DNA from: Schmidtea polychroa
Lineage: Eukaryota
Length of the DNA stretch: 64,000 bases
Reading direction: 5' to 3'
Assembly (NCBI GenBank): GCA_044892525.1
Contig: CM097885.1
Span: forward strand, 238,082,001 to 238,146,000
Shown one piece after another: positions 1 through 26,825 of the stretch. Positions within the stretch are counted from its first letter, which is position 1; every line of letters begins with the position of its first letter. The notes below the pieces were generated by a model. That model searched no databases. It was not told the origin of the DNA and saw nothing but the letters and a program-made list of their open reading frames with translations. Both the position numbers and the translations under genes were made by a program.

Positions 1-139
1 CCAATGGCTTATCTAACCTTCTAGTGTGTCAAAATTTGCATCAAAATCACTCAAAAAGGCTTGGCCGAAAATTCGTGAATTTCAAAAAAACATTGATATA
101 TTTACTGATTCATAGTCAAATGTTTTACATCTCTTTTAT

Positions 140-228
140 TGTCAATTATGGACTTTTCGATTATTCGGATTGTTCCTTATCCGAACTATCTCCATTCCCA
201 ATTGGTCTGGATAATCGAGGTTCTACTG
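140..228. mobile_element. Tigger/pogo-type DNA transposon terminal fragment
   Basis: Ends ...ggataatcgaggttctactg|TA; reverse complement cagtagaacctcgattatcc is a pogo/Tigger-like TIR followed by a TA target. Confidence 0.6.
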
Positions 229-823
229 TATATATATCAAAAATATCTCGGCATTATTCTCAGAAACAAGGAAAAACACGAAACATTTAACTCAAGTATT
301 CAAACAAATATTTATTAAGTCAAATTTTAAACTTATTTTTTATTCATAATGTCTAAAAATTTAATTTTTAAAATTTAGAATTAAAATTCTTTTTAATTGA
401 AATTTTACTCAGAGAAATTAGTTTTCACTTTATCATTATAATTTAGCATTTTAGTTAAAATATGTTTGAAAAATTTGTCAACAGCTGCTATTTATTAATT
501 CAATTCGTTTAAATGGCATTATACCTGTTTATTTTAATAAACATTCCCTTTTAACGTATATTTAAAATTCTCCTTTTAAATGTTTATTTTTCTAATAATA
601 TTAGTAATTTTATTATTATACTTCAGAAACACTTTAAAATAAAATTTAAATAATAACTCATAAATAATTAAAAATTAAGCATTAATTAATTAATCATTAA
701 AAGAATTTACAAAAAAACTACCTGAGTAATAGATCTATTTCATGAAAATTTTCTAATAAACGATGTAATTATTTTAACTGAATAAATTAATCTAAATTAA
801 AATTTTATAAATACGTGAATTAC

Positions 824-13024
<12,201 letters not shown>

Positions 13025-14853
13025 CAATACCTTTCCAGATGAATAAATTCTCGAAAACAGTTCAACATCCGTCCAAAGATGAGAGTCAAAATTTCTTATC
13101 TTTATCACACAATATAGAATCTCAAGGCGCATTTCGAATGCCTATTAATTCCCAAAACAAAATTAGAAAACAATCGGTATAAATCCCGAAAATCAAGATA
13201 TAATAATTAATACTATATCAACACTTTGCCTATGACATGATTAGTCAAATCATACCGCGACTGATAAAATTCTACAACCAGTTTCAAAATTTAGTAATTT
13301 TGTAGTGGGAGTTTGCATGTACACCCATTATATTTTCATTTTATTTTTTTTTCATTGATATTATTCTCCTAAATAATTGATATAATTGATAATAATTGAT
13401 ATAATTGATAATAATTTGAAATTTTAATGTAAACTTTATTGTATGATATTTTTGTATATTTTTTATATTTAAAATATAATATTTTTAAAAGAAAATTTTT
13501 ACAAAAAAAAATCTTACTTGAAATACAAAGTTTGGAAGTTTTGTAAAAAATAAAAAAATTTTTTTTAATAATTTATGTATATGAAAAATCTGTTATATTT
13601 TGAAACGATAAATTTCATCGCAAGTGTGCTTGATTTTTTTATTATAGGAATTGTGTTAGTATGTGTTGTGTTTTTTCCTATCCATTTATTTATTACATAA
13701 TAAAAATGTTATTTTCTGAAACGAAATTTTTTAGCACACAGATAAGTTGGTGGGATGCTTGAAGTATAAATTTATTATTTTTTTAAAGATTATAGGAAAT
13801 GTAAAATTTTGAAACAGGTTGTATAGTCTATCAAGCACACTGCCTATTGGCTATAAGATTTAATTTAAGACACGTGTGGACAATTTGAAAGAATATGAAG
13901 AAAATAAATCTTCATGACTTAGTATGTAATTGCAAGAACGAATTATCCTATATCTGCTACATCGCACAAGTCACTAATCCAATTAACTACCACAACTATA
14001 AATTATCTTGAAATAATATATAATTTTAGACAGTCGCGGTAGATATCGATTATGTTACTATTTACTTTTTAATGAATTATCATTTTTTTAGTAATGTTTT
14101 CACAATATTTTTATTTATCACATATTTAAAAATTTTCCATTAACTTTTAATTATAAAATTAGTAAATTGCAATTTGTTTTAAAAATAGAAAATTTTAATA
14201 TTTTGTTTAAATTAACTATGGAAATTTTAAACATTTAAAATTGATTTTTAATAAAATCGTTTGAATTTGAAAATGGTAAAAGCGTAGGTTAGTTAATGCA
14301 TTTATTATATATTTTATTATATATAGATATTTTGCATAATTTATTAATTAAATATAATATAATTAAAATATAATATATAAACATTAAAAACAACAAATCC
14401 GATTGATTAAAAAGCCATTTAATAACTATTGTTTTATAAAATAAACAACAAAGACAAAATAAAAAGAATTCAACTAGAAATTTCGGCTACATTTTGTATT
14501 TGAGGGAAGAGGATCTAATTTAAGTTAATCATTTTCAATTAATAAATACAGCAGAAAGGGCTTACCTATTTTTTTGAATTGTATATTATAATTACTTTTG
14601 ATTGGTCTTGACTCTGGTCACTTTACATCAAGCATTTTCTCAATTTGCTCATCAAATAATTGACATAATAGTGATTGTCATTGTTATTGTCATATCGATT
14701 TATTAAATGTGTATTCATATATTTGTTTTATTGTTGTTCATTAATTTCGTTCAGTCCAGGATGTTTGTTTTCCTCTATTTCAATATTATTATGTGCACAA
14801 AATTATTTTCTGTAAGACCATCATTATTATCATTTTTTCTGATTTCTCTATAT

Positions 14854-15103
14854 CAGTGGTCTTCAAACTGTGTTTCACGGAACCCTAGGGTTCAATGAAA
14901 TCCACCAAGGGTTCCAAAAAAAAATCAATAATTTAAAAGAAATTGCTTCATTTCTCACCAAAAACCATCAATAAAAATTTTTCATTTCTCATAAAAAAAC
15001 AAAATTTTCAAGAATTTCATAAAAAAAACTTAAATAAAATCTATATTGTAACGCATCATTTCAAATAAGGGTTTCGAGAGCTTTTGAAGTTTGAAGACCA
15101 CTG
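14854..15103. mobile_element. Non-autonomous hAT MITE
   Basis: TIRs cagtggtcttcaaact / agtttgaagaccactg; TSD only partly conserved (ctctatat/atatatat). Confidence 0.75.
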
Positions 15104-18100
15104 ATATATATATATGAAAAAATTTTTTACAGTTATCTTGACATTTATTTACTAACATTTCATGAATTATTCTCATACCTATTTTCTCATTTTTTCCTTT
15201 TATCATTTTATAAACATTTTCACAATGACAAATATTTCTTATCATAATTTGGTTAAGGTAAATTAATATTATTTAGGTACTTTTGTCATATTAATTAATT
15301 AGTAATTAATAATTAGTTAAATAAATAAATAATTAAACTAAACTACAACTCTAAATAAAAAAATATATTGAGTACGACAGGTCCCCATGTGACCTGTACC
15401 CCTAGTGGCTCAAAATACTTTGTCGGATAAACTCAGACTATATGGAAATGTCTATATTTAACTAATTATTTAACCGTGGGGAAATATGACAAAAGTATCC
15501 CAATTGTGAAAATACGGATTCACATATATATATAAGTTGATCCAAAACGTTCATGCGATTTTTTAGAAAATTTCCGCAAGGCTGGATATCTTTTTCAAGA
15601 TACATATTTTCATCAAATGCTCTTGATTTAATAATTACATCGTTTTATTGTGAAAATATCTACATTTACAGTTTTTCAACATCCATTAGAACTAGTAATG
15701 AATGTTTTTCTGTAGTTGGTTCTACCCAAATGTTTGTACCAAAGGGATACGAGTTTTTTAATCCTGAAAACCTCCATTAAACTATATATTAGTTTTTATT
15801 TCAGTCATGTATCTATTTGGATCGTAACCTGTGGAAGAAGAACTGGTTAATTGTGCCACAACATTTGGAAAATGGGTCAAGTTCTTTATTTCCAATTTAC
15901 CTACTAGGAGCGGGAACTTTTGTTTAAATGCATTTACGAAACTTATCATATGAAATATCAATTTATCTTTGCCCTACAATTCAAGGTTTAAATCGTTTAG
16001 TTTGGATGTGATGTCTGTTCAAAACTAGATCTAATACCCAAATGTCATCCTCCAATTGCTCGTATTCATCACCTCTAGAAATTATTAATACTTTAATCTC
16101 ATTAATCAAGTCTCTGAGTCACTGAAGAAATTTGCTTTGATAATATTTTTATTTGCGTTGCTTAAATTTATATTTAGAGGATTTCTCATTTATTTCAGTA
16201 AGTCAAATTTTCATGTAAACTTTATTAAAGTTATACAAAGTTATTACTAGAATTTTAGTTTAAATAATTAAATATTTATGATAATAATTCAATTTTTGTT
16301 GGCCCTTGACACTTTTGCTTGGGTTCTTTCATTATTATAGCACCGGATAGTCATGAATCGTTTCAAAAAGCATCCTCACTTTATAAGTAACAAGGTTATT
16401 CTGAGACAATAAACCTTAGCTCTAAAAGAACGATGTATATGTCATTAGACCATGAACTTATGGAATTTGCTGAATGTATTGTAGAGGATGCTTTGAGAGT
16501 TCTATAAAGTCGTTAAACCTTTCCGTATGAAGTAGTATGACGGTTTTAAATATTATGCTTGCTGCATAATTCTTAGAATCCTGATGACATGAACTGCATT
16601 TTGAAAGAAGTTGTTTCTAATAATTTAAGGAACTCTTCATTTTGCTGATGTTTGATATCCAATCTGGATATTGTTGATACACTGATTTCAGCATCGTTTG
16701 ACGCCATCCGTCACTATAGACAATTTGCAGCTGAATTTTACTTATATATTGGAGTCTGACGTTGGATTGATTCATATATTCTAGCCCTATTCATTTGCGA
16801 TTAGGTAGTTCTTTCATCGAGTTTATGTTCAAGAGAGGTATATAGTTGTTGAGCAGTTCGAATGTATTTCCATCTAGACGATGTTTAAAGTTTTTGATGG
16901 AGTGATTTATCGCCAGTAACTCTAGACAAACGTTGACTATTTCTGTTTAGTGATGTTCAGTTTTCTAGGAAAAAGTACAATGAAATGTGGTCTTCCTTCT
17001 TTATTGTGGTGATTCAAATTTTCTCCAACACCAACATTTGAAGCATTAGTACATAATACAAATTCCTGTTTCGCGTTGGTCGAGGTTATCCCGCCCTATC
17101 CCAACAGAATAAACTACTATATTTAGTAAAAGTGTAATAAATTTTGAATTCTTCATTATGTCATTTTTTAACAGGCTATCGTGACATAACTATTTTATTA
17201 AGAGCTCCAGACATTATAAAATCGTGGCCGTGAGAATTCGAAGAAATTTGTCCTGGTTCCAAAATTGAAAAGACCTACAAATCACTGGATGGATTCATCA
17301 AAAATATTAACAAAATCTTAAAGCAGCAAAGAAAGTAACAAAACCCGTGAATGTTTATTTATCAGGTCTGTGTAAATTAGCGGAATTAATATCCATTTAT
17401 TTCAAATTAAGTGAAGTTTGGGCCTTATGCATATTTTTATGAGATTGCCAGAAAGTATGAAAGACAGATGTTTGCTGCACACAAAAAAGAAGAAATGACT
17501 ATTAACCAATGTCACACGAACAAGAATTTTATCTCAGTCGAAAACCTACTAAGGGATCTTCATCTGCACATCTCGAAGCACATCATGTCTAAGTGGAAAA
17601 TGTATAACTTCAATGTAATTATATATTTATTAAACGTCTAAACCTCTATACTTAGTCAATCATGTCTCACAATGAGCTTGTAAGTACCATGATTATAACC
17701 AAATGAAATAGGTGTATGATCCTTTGTGATAAATCGGGCTGGATGAAAGCAACCTAAGGTAGCCGTAGCTGATACCTAGATTGCTTTATTACTGATCTTC
17801 TAGCATGTCTTTGATTTTTAATAATGTGGCAATGTATAATTATTATATCAGTTATAGTGCAACATAACACACATTTTAAAATTACAATATTAAAATTCAT
17901 AAATCAATAATAAATTTAAAATTTATAAATCATTAAAATTAAAATTTCAACTCAAACAATAATTTAAATTTAAATGATATTATTTAGATTTTTTAAATTT
18001 AAAACTGTAATTCTTCAGACTTTCTTTCACAGTTGGTATTCATTAAAACAAAAGAAAGGTGAGACCTATCCGTGATTATCGTGAACATAATCAGTGCAAC

Positions 18101-20810
18101 ACTAAAGAACGATTGTACGCGATTGTGCAAATAGAGATTCAGTCACTTATAATTTAGCAAGATTGGATGCAAAGATCAAAGGTAATTAAATGGAACTTAA
18201 ATAAAATTAGAGTCATAACAGATTCCAATGCTTGAGTTCAATGGATCAATTTCATTAAATCAAAAGGTCGTCGAGTTAAGTCTTAGTGTTATGATTTACT
18301 ATAGAGTGTAATTCTGATATTTCCACAACGTTGATCTGTTCACAGGAAAACATGGTTGATGAGCTCAGAAGAGTTTCAAAAAATTGTTAACAAATATTAA
18401 GACTGTTACCGATAAACTAAGGACGATAATGGATAAAAAAACTTATTTCAAGATATATGAAAAGAGTCATTTGGTATAAAATGAACTTTGTACCTTGTAA
18501 AGCAGGCTCATCCAGTTTTAATTATCAATAAGGAAATAGGTAGCAAAAGGCTTAAATTATCACTATATTGTTTTAAATAATAAATGCTGCTACCAAGAAA
18601 TCATCACTTTATAATTTTAAATACAATTTTTTAATGAATTTTTATTTAATTATAATAATAATAATTAATATAAGAACTTTTTTTTCAAATTTCGCCAATG
18701 ATTTCTTTTCTATTGTATTTATTAAAAAACTTAAAAACTATGAATCAGTAAATATATCGATGTTTTTGATATTTTTGCTGATTCATAGTCTTTAAGCTTT
18801 TTAATAAATAATATATTTATTATTTTCAATATATAATTAAAATATGATTAAAACTTTAATTAGCTGTAGATTAAACTATTAAAAATAAATAAAAATGAAT
18901 TTAATGTTTCTCTCACAGCAAAATTATTTTATGCTTAAATAATTGGAATTAAATGATGCAAATCATGATTGGATTAAATTATCACAGAAAAAGTAATATA
19001 ATTATAATTATTAATATTATTTAATTCTAAATCTAAAATTATTTTATGGAAAATAAATTTCCAATTTTCTAAAAATAGTAACAGAGAAAATAATTATAGA
19101 AATTAAATTATTTTAAAAGATTTCCAAATATAGAAATGATGAAATCGTTGGATTTGAAATTTTGGTCTCTAATTTTGTGGAAATTTATTAGTAGAATTCG
19201 ATTAAATACTTGGGAAGCTTAACTGGTATATGAAGGTCAAGGAAATCTATTCAATATATGCTACGTATACCTCATATATAATGCCACATGAAAATTGTAT
19301 CACAATTTTTCGTTGAATCTTGCTGGACTTTAAAATACAGAGAGGCTAATTTGAATGTTTCTATTGCATCTTCATTTAGATTTTTTGAATGGATTCACGT
19401 TTTTTCAACAGTTTATATCTTTCAGTATCAATTTTTTCATAATCCGTAACTATACGTCATGGCTAACTGAACTTGTTATAATTTATATTTAGCTATTCGA
19501 CTATGGTCAATTTACCTACTCGTATTCTCAGCAACTGGAAAAATACATGGCTCATTTCTCCTAAATTATATACTTTAAAGACATTATTGTTGTTACTCTG
19601 CTTCTACGTTCTATTCAAGAAGTTGGATCTTTGGAGTATTTTATCTAGCTTAGAAGCACCTGCCAAAGTTAAATTAAAGAGGTTGAATAGACATAGATTT
19701 TATAATAAAAAACTTTATCTGTTTGTTTACAACTAAATTTAGCCTGTAAAAAACATGAGAAAATAAATTTTATTTTTATGTAATATTTTGCTTTAATGAC
19801 AAATAATCTCGTTCTCATATTGTCATCATGGTCATATGTGAGTGTTTAGTTTTCTTTTTTTAAATATTTTATTAAAAATATTTCTAAAAATCATTTTAAA
19901 TTAAAATCGGGAAAATATTTCTATTTCGAAAAAAATATCTTCAAGAAAAACTAAACGAGGAAGGACATTTACAAGAGGCGCTGTTTCCTCTAGAACTGAT
20001 AGTCAAATCCTACAATGATATTCAACGATGCTAAAAGACAGTGAAAGCCGATAATTGATTGTAAAGGAATTGCCTATAATGAGAGCGTTTCCGAATAAAT
20101 ATGTTGTTTCTTCTACAAATCATTCATGTAGCCGCTTTTCCATGCACACCGAATTCGGTATCATCCCAAATACAGATAAAAATAGTCCAAATCAAGGGAC
20201 CTGGATAAGAGTTTGTAGTTATAAAGAAACAGAAATTTAATGACATTCTGTAATAACTATCTAACCGTTTGATTGCATGAGTTTCATGTAAATATTAATA
20301 AAGTTTCACTTGTCTCGGTTTTTATCAGTTGATATAACATTGCAGTCAATTATTTCCAAAGATATGCTAAAAGTTAAATAATTAAAATTTATTCCAATAA
20401 AAAATTTGTATTTTCATCAATCTTCAATATCCAAAAAATTTTAAGAGAATACAATTTTGATGTCCTTTAATAGATTTGTGAATAAATTTAATTAAATTTC
20501 ATATATTCACAAAAATTATTTGAAATATTTTATAATAAGATTCTCGTTCCTTTGCAATGTAAAATCTTTTTCAATTTAGTTTTTATTTCTGGATTTATTA
20601 TTTTATAAATTATCTCTCAATCTTTTCTTGTTAAAACTTTTGAAAACAAATCAAAATTTATCATACGTCAGAAAACATGAGCCAATAAATCCAAAAATCC
20701 TTAACTCAACCATGTTTTACAATGTCAAAATTATTCGAGATTTATATTGTTTTGTGCGTGGCTTCGTTCCTATGACAAACGTAAGAACTAGTAACCACAA
20801 TGGGGTTAAT

Positions 20811-21162
20811 CAGGCCCGGTTCCAATCGTTTAGAGACCCTAGGCAGAGCTACTTGTTGGCTATTCTACCCATATATGATATATCAATGTCACCATTTCAA
20901 TGACTTGGAGGGAAACTTATTTTTGTTTGAGTTTTTTTACATAAGTATCGATATTACATATAAAATCACAATGTTAATATATACTTTCGTAAAACGAATG
21001 ATTAAAAATTATATATCGAATAATCTGAAAAATAATTAAAAATATTTATAAAACGACGTTGTTAAATTATTTTTTTTTAATTTCAAAAAATATTTTCTAG
21101 ATGCTTATTTAAATTATTTTGCAAATTTGGCGGCCCTAAAAAGAATAGAAAGAACGGGCCTG
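20811..21162. mobile_element. Non-autonomous hAT-like MITE
   Basis: TIRs caggcccg / cgggcctg; flanks gggttaat / ctgttaat. Confidence 0.6.
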
Positions 21163-23377
21163 CTGTTAATATTTTTTCATTATGAATTATAATTATATAT
21201 ATTATTATTTTAATATCACTGTATACATTTTAATTGTAATTATATACATTAATATCATAGCAAAAACATCATTTCAGAGTTTGTTTTAATTCCCCAAAAT
21301 ACATTATATAAAACCTTAAGTATTTTGAAATAAAAAAATAAATTAAACTATTATTTATCATTATACTTTATATTTTTAATACTAAAATCTTTGCACTATT
21401 ATTTATGATTATTAAAAAATTGAAATTGAGTAATTTCACTCAGATAATTGAATTATTTACCAAACTAATGTCGGCATAGATATTTATGCGTTTTAAATCT
21501 TAGGCTAAATATTAATTCCCACGCCTTTATTTTCTTATCATCCACACACATCATTTCGCAGCTGTATTGCAGGTGACGTAGTTTATTATTTTGTCAAACC
21601 TCAAATTGAAATCTGTGCACAGAAACTAATTAACTAAAAAATACAAACTGTACGTTTTGGATCAGTCTAAATACAGAAATAAAGTCAATCTTCTCTGACA
21701 TTTTGACTTAGAAGGCGTGTGCAGAGAAAACGAAATTTTGGTTTGCCATAGAATGCATTTATCATTATTACTGAGACTCTGCGTTTACCGCTGATGAAAA
21801 TCAACATCATATTAATTTGCCTACCGCGACGATTATTCTAATTAAACTAAAATTTTAAATATAAATCAAATCGAAATCGAACAAATAAATTATTTTATCT
21901 ATTGGTTATCTTTAAATATTTATTTTAAATCAAAACGTTTCAGTAAATGAAATTTGATATAATATTTATGCGTGATTTTCCGATGATTATTTGTTAAATC
22001 TTCTATAAATAATCCTTATAGTTGACATTTTGAGATAATTGAAATGTGATAAAATTATTTTCTTTACAAATTTGGACTATATAGTATTGCAATTAGATAA
22101 TTATACAAATCAAAAAAAAATTATTGAATAATTATTTGTCAGATTTTAGAAACTTCAGAATGCTCTGAATTTGGAAATCATTATATTTCTTTTAGATAAA
22201 AAAAAATAATGCGCGCTTCCTTGGTTACCATTGGTAACGGTTGTCTAGAAATTTTCTAATTGGTTCAAAATATACTCGATAGCCGATAATACGATTTTTC
22301 AGAGATTTCATTAAACGTTTACAATGTAATGAATTAACATTTGCAATGTAATCAAAATAGGATTTATGATTTTGTCATCGAAAATAGGTTAATATTTCAT
22401 TGTAATGATGGACCTCTCATCTTTGGAAAACTCATTAAGGGAGACGCGAGTAATACTAAGTGTGCAATTATTGATTTTAATGTGAACTTTTTTTATTGAT
22501 TGATACAATGAAGTGGTTGAGTTAGGTTGCGCGGCCAATCCAATGAAACTACGACGTTATCTATCGGGAATCGCGAAAATAGAAACAAAAGGTGTGCAAA
22601 TTTTAAATTATTTAATTTCAAGTGTAAATGCACCAGATAGCAGAGATATCTATAGGCCAGATGATTTATTTCAGCCAGATCAGATGTGCATTTGAGTCAG
22701 AGGCATAGGAAATATCATCAAACGTGAGACAGATGATTCAATTTATCCATATAGTAGATCAAATGTGCAAATTAGTTGATCTAAACCGTATTCTATCTCG
22801 TTGCCTCAAATTTAAAAATGAACGCTGTCGTAACAGTTGTTGGTCATCTCTTATAGTCAGTGTATTTGATGTAATATAACAACCAATCTTAATACTATCA
22901 TCTAATACACAATCATCGGCTTCTATCCTATGACTTATAAACTATTTCAGTGCTAAACCTATTTATATAAATTTTTAAAATACCTGGTCTTGTCATAACA
23001 TATGCTTTTTTAATGGAATAAGTCACATCACCAAGGTATGCCGTAGCTAGGAGGTAGCGAATGGGGCGATCGCCCCGTGCGCCGAGTCGAAGGGCGCAAA
23101 AACTGTGAAATGATCATCTGAATTTTTTTTGGTTTTCTTTCTTTTTTTCATATTAAATTTTTATATTCTGCTTTCCATGTTTATTGTTTTCAAAAGTTAA
23201 ACTAAAACAAAACTGTTTTGCTGGTCTATCTAAAGGTTTTTGCAAACGGGTGACTAAATCCGAAGGTGGCTGATCATGAAAACAGCTTTGAGCATAGAAA
23301 ATGCTGCTTAGCTTGGAAAAATCGTTTGAAAGAAGAAAGGACAATTGATGATAATCTTTAATTTAATTTATCTTTAA

Positions 23378-23763
23378 CCCTTTAATGCATATGGACTTAA
23401 ATAAAAGTCCATGAAGAAATGACTCGTAAAACATATCCATGATGATGTGACAAAGCAGAAAATGTGTTGTATATTAAGTATGGGGATAGTACAACATGAA
23501 GTAACAATATGTAGGACAGATAATCATTTTTTATATAATATTTTATGATTAACATTTGTTTAATTAATGTAAAATTTTGGAAAATTTTAAAACGCTGTTT
23601 ACGTGGATTTGTATAGGTAAGAATGATTTATTGTCATGTTATTATGAATTCTAAAGCTGCTGTAAGACAAATTAAAGTAATTCCAAAAAAATTAAATGGC
23701 GCATTTGTTGGAATGCAATGTTTTACTGATGGACTTTAATATAAGTCAGAATGCATTAAGGGG
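23378..23763. mobile_element. piggyBac-type MITE
   Basis: TTAA|ccctttaatgcatatggacttaaataaaagtccat and the inverted atggactttaatataagtcagaatgcattaagggg. Confidence 0.7.
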
Positions 23764-23958
23764 TAATTAAAAACCAGTAATTCATACTTTCTTTATCTTT
23801 TACATAAACTCATACATTAGGGGGTGGGTGTTAGGGAGTCCCCTAACCCCCAAACCAAACCATAAAAATAATTTCGGACCATTCATATTTTATTGTTTAC
23901 ATACTATTTGCATATTTCAAATTAAATTTTACGAATTACTTTTACTTATTGCAGGCAA

Positions 23959-24312
23959 ATGAAACTTCCACAACGTAAAGCTAAAAGTATAGCTCAAATG
24001 CGATTCGAAAAGAAGAAACGAGTTGCTGATACGCATTTGGTATTACCAACAGCTGAAATAAGTGACATTAGTGGCGATGAAGAGGAGGAAGAGCTGATAG
24101 ATATTGAGGCACAATACCTTGCTGAGTACGAGTTGGTGGATATAGATGAAGATGAAAATGAAGAGGCGCCTGAAGAATATCTATATGAAACACTGCGTGA
24201 GGAATATAGATGGAGGAAGCATGCTCCAGCTGAGCAGAATACGATGTTTGAGGACATGCAGAATGATGATCATGAAGAAGATAATGACATGTACTCTCCT
24301 TACGACTTTTAG
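23959..24312 (+). pseudogene. piggyBac-like transposase N-terminal fragment
   Basis: Acidic N-terminus followed by YRWRK...F...YSPYDF, resembling the region just before the PGBD DDD core; truncated. Confidence 0.5.
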
Positions 24313-24807
24313 AATTCAATGTTAAATGTTAAAGTTGATCACTTGATCTTCTCAAATACATTATAATAGTAACCTTAATAGGGACTTAATGATCAAAACT
24401 CTGAACTTAAGTTTAATAAATACCGAGTAAACAAATTTTCAATATTAATGTATATACACATGTATAATAAATATTTATAATTAATTTGTTTTCGTTATAA
24501 TATAAGTTTGGTTAAGTATTGTATAGCTTTGCATTTTAATTTGACTCTTCAAGACCAATTCAATTCGTGTAAGTACATAATTAATGGGAGTGGTGGATTC
24601 TTTTGGCACCAGGGGAACCAAATTTCAATCTCGCCATTTTCCCTAGCTACGGCTCTGTGCCATCATATAAACTTTATTGATATTTAAATAATATACCTTT
24701 TTATGTAATAAGTCCCAGTAAACTACTTCCGAATTTGTGGGAACAGAGGTCATAAGTTATTTTAGTGTCCGAAACATGAGTTAAATTTGGAGCATCAAGA
24801 CTCCACC

Positions 24808-25440
24808 CAGGGTCCGCTCTAGCGACTACGTCGCCACGGACTAAAAGACAAATTGCCGCCCTTAAGAATATATATTAATATATAATTTTTAAATAAATGT
24901 ACCTATGTTTTATTTTCAATAAAAACTAAATAATTTTATATAAATTTTAATAATAGAAAACATATAACATAACATTGATTATCAAGCAGCAGAAAACAGT
25001 AGAAATTAAGAATTATTGCATAAACAATCAAAATGCCATTTTTTTGAAAATAAAACAAGGTAACATCAACTAACGCTGAAATCACAAATAACTTACTTTT
25101 CTTACTTTTAGTTCTGCAAACTTTTTTATTACATCTTTTAAATTTACATGATCAGCAATTTCATGCTCAATTGACAAAATGGCCAAACCATTAAGACGAT
25201 TCTGTGTTGTAGTTGAACGTAAAAAGTTATTAATTAATTTTAATTTAGAGAAACTCCTTTCGCCACTAACTACAGTAATGGGTATCGTTAGCAATATTCT
25301 TAAAGCAGTAGGAAAATTTGGGACAAAATTTAACTTTGTAATTAAGCTCAGTACATTGCTTGGACTTTCTTTTTTGCCCAAAAGAGCAGATACCGCTGAA
25401 ATTTTCATAGCTAGTTCTACCCCATTTATGTCAACAGAAT
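24808..25440 (-). mobile_element. hAT transposon 3' end with C-terminal dimerisation-domain fragment
   Basis: ORF 25082-25408 PNFPTALRILLTIPITVVSGERSFSKLKLI...RLNGLAILSIE (hATC domain); terminus cagggtccgctctag at 24808. Confidence 0.85.
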
Positions 25441-25556
25441 CATTGTCATTGTCATTTTATTTAACATATACTTCTTAGCAAAAGGCTTAACTTATCATTT
25501 AATTGTTTAACATTTAATTAATACTGCTACCAATAAATCATCACTTTAATAATAAT

Positions 25557-25603
<47 letters not shown>

Positions 25604-25606
<3 letters not shown>

Positions 25607-26613
25607 ACAAAAAAAAGAATCAGAAATATTTCTATCTGAATATCCCATTCATCAGTGACATACTCGACTTCAAGATCCTGAAAGAACTTAAACGTACCGG
25701 TCTTCCAATTCGGATAGCACATAAATCTTGGACATTGAGAAGGGCTCTGGCAGGCAACATAAATAGAGAAAACAATTGCACAATGAAAAACTGCCAGACA
25801 CCGAAAGATATGTGCTTTAGAAAAAACATCGTCTATTGCATCACGTGCAATGTATGCAATGAAATCTACATTGGAAGTACCCTCAGGACATTGCACCAAA
25901 GAGTTAAAGAACATCTAGATCCTGGTGGAACATCCTCGTTGGGCAGACATCTCCGGCAGTGTCAGCCAACAGAAGAAAGAAAAAATATTTCAATAGAAAT
26001 CATAGCTAATGGAAACATCCAAAAGAAAAATGTCAGAATCAAAGAAGCAATTCTCATCATAAACAAACAGCCAAAGATCAACACTAAAGAAGAAATCAAT
26101 GAAATCATGAATTTGATCTGTTGTCATTGACTTTGAGAATAACTGACAATATATAAAGAAATTAAAAAAAATAGAATAAATTAAAAAGTAATAATTAGAA
26201 ATATATAAAAAAAAATTTTAAAAAATAGGGTTTGAAAATCAAAATTGACACATTTATTGAAATATTTAAATAGCATATATAAGTAGTTATTGGAGGCTTT
26301 ATTTAAAATATTTTCAAATATTTTATTAGGCTTCTAGAAGCTAATTATAGAAGCTGTAAAAAATTTAAAAATTTTTAGTTTGTGTCATTTTGAAATTTTA
26401 AATGTAAAAATTTTAAAAGTTTTTAGTAAAACAATTCATTATATTTACAACCAATGAGAATTAAGAGAAAGGAAATAAAAGAAAGATTGAAAGGTATTTT
26501 GGGGAAGAACATTGCTAAATTCCAGGAGATTGACAAGGACTATCGTATAGTCGAAAATTCTTTCATTAAATACATTATTTGCAGCAAAAGGCTTAAATTA
26601 TCATTTTATTGTT

Positions 26614-26615
<2 letters not shown>
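25604..26615 (+). mobile_element. 5'-truncated Penelope-like element: GIY-YIG endonuclease ORF 25735-26130 plus pseudo-LTR tail
   Basis: NIVYCITCNVCNEIYIGSTLRTLHQRVKEH...IKEAILI...PKIN: PLE GIY-YIG with Cys/His motif; bracketed by (AAT)n. Confidence 0.85.

Positions 26616-26708
<93 letters not shown>
26616..26708. repeat. (AAT)n microsatellite
   Basis: About 31 AAT units; similar tracts at 25548-25603, 34933-35039 and 45468-45603. Confidence 0.95.
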
Positions 26709-26825
26709 TTAACGTAATAATAATGTAATAATAAGCTTACCATTTTAGAATAAGATTTTTTAAAATTTGTGATAATTTAACTGATTCAATTTGATGGAGT
26801 TATTGTTAATTCGTTTTATTATATA

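Noticed and set aside
16300..18500. Degenerate Tc1-like and RT-like coding traces
   Set aside because: Too decayed to assign family or boundaries by eye
25558..25914. Minus-strand ORFs over the GIY-YIG region, and poly-Tyr/poly-Asn ORFs
   Set aside because: Antisense shadows of the Penelope ORF and microsatellite read-through
26130..26460. Hammerhead ribozyme expected in the Penelope pseudo-LTR
   Set aside because: No convincing CTGANGA...GAAA core with flanking stems found
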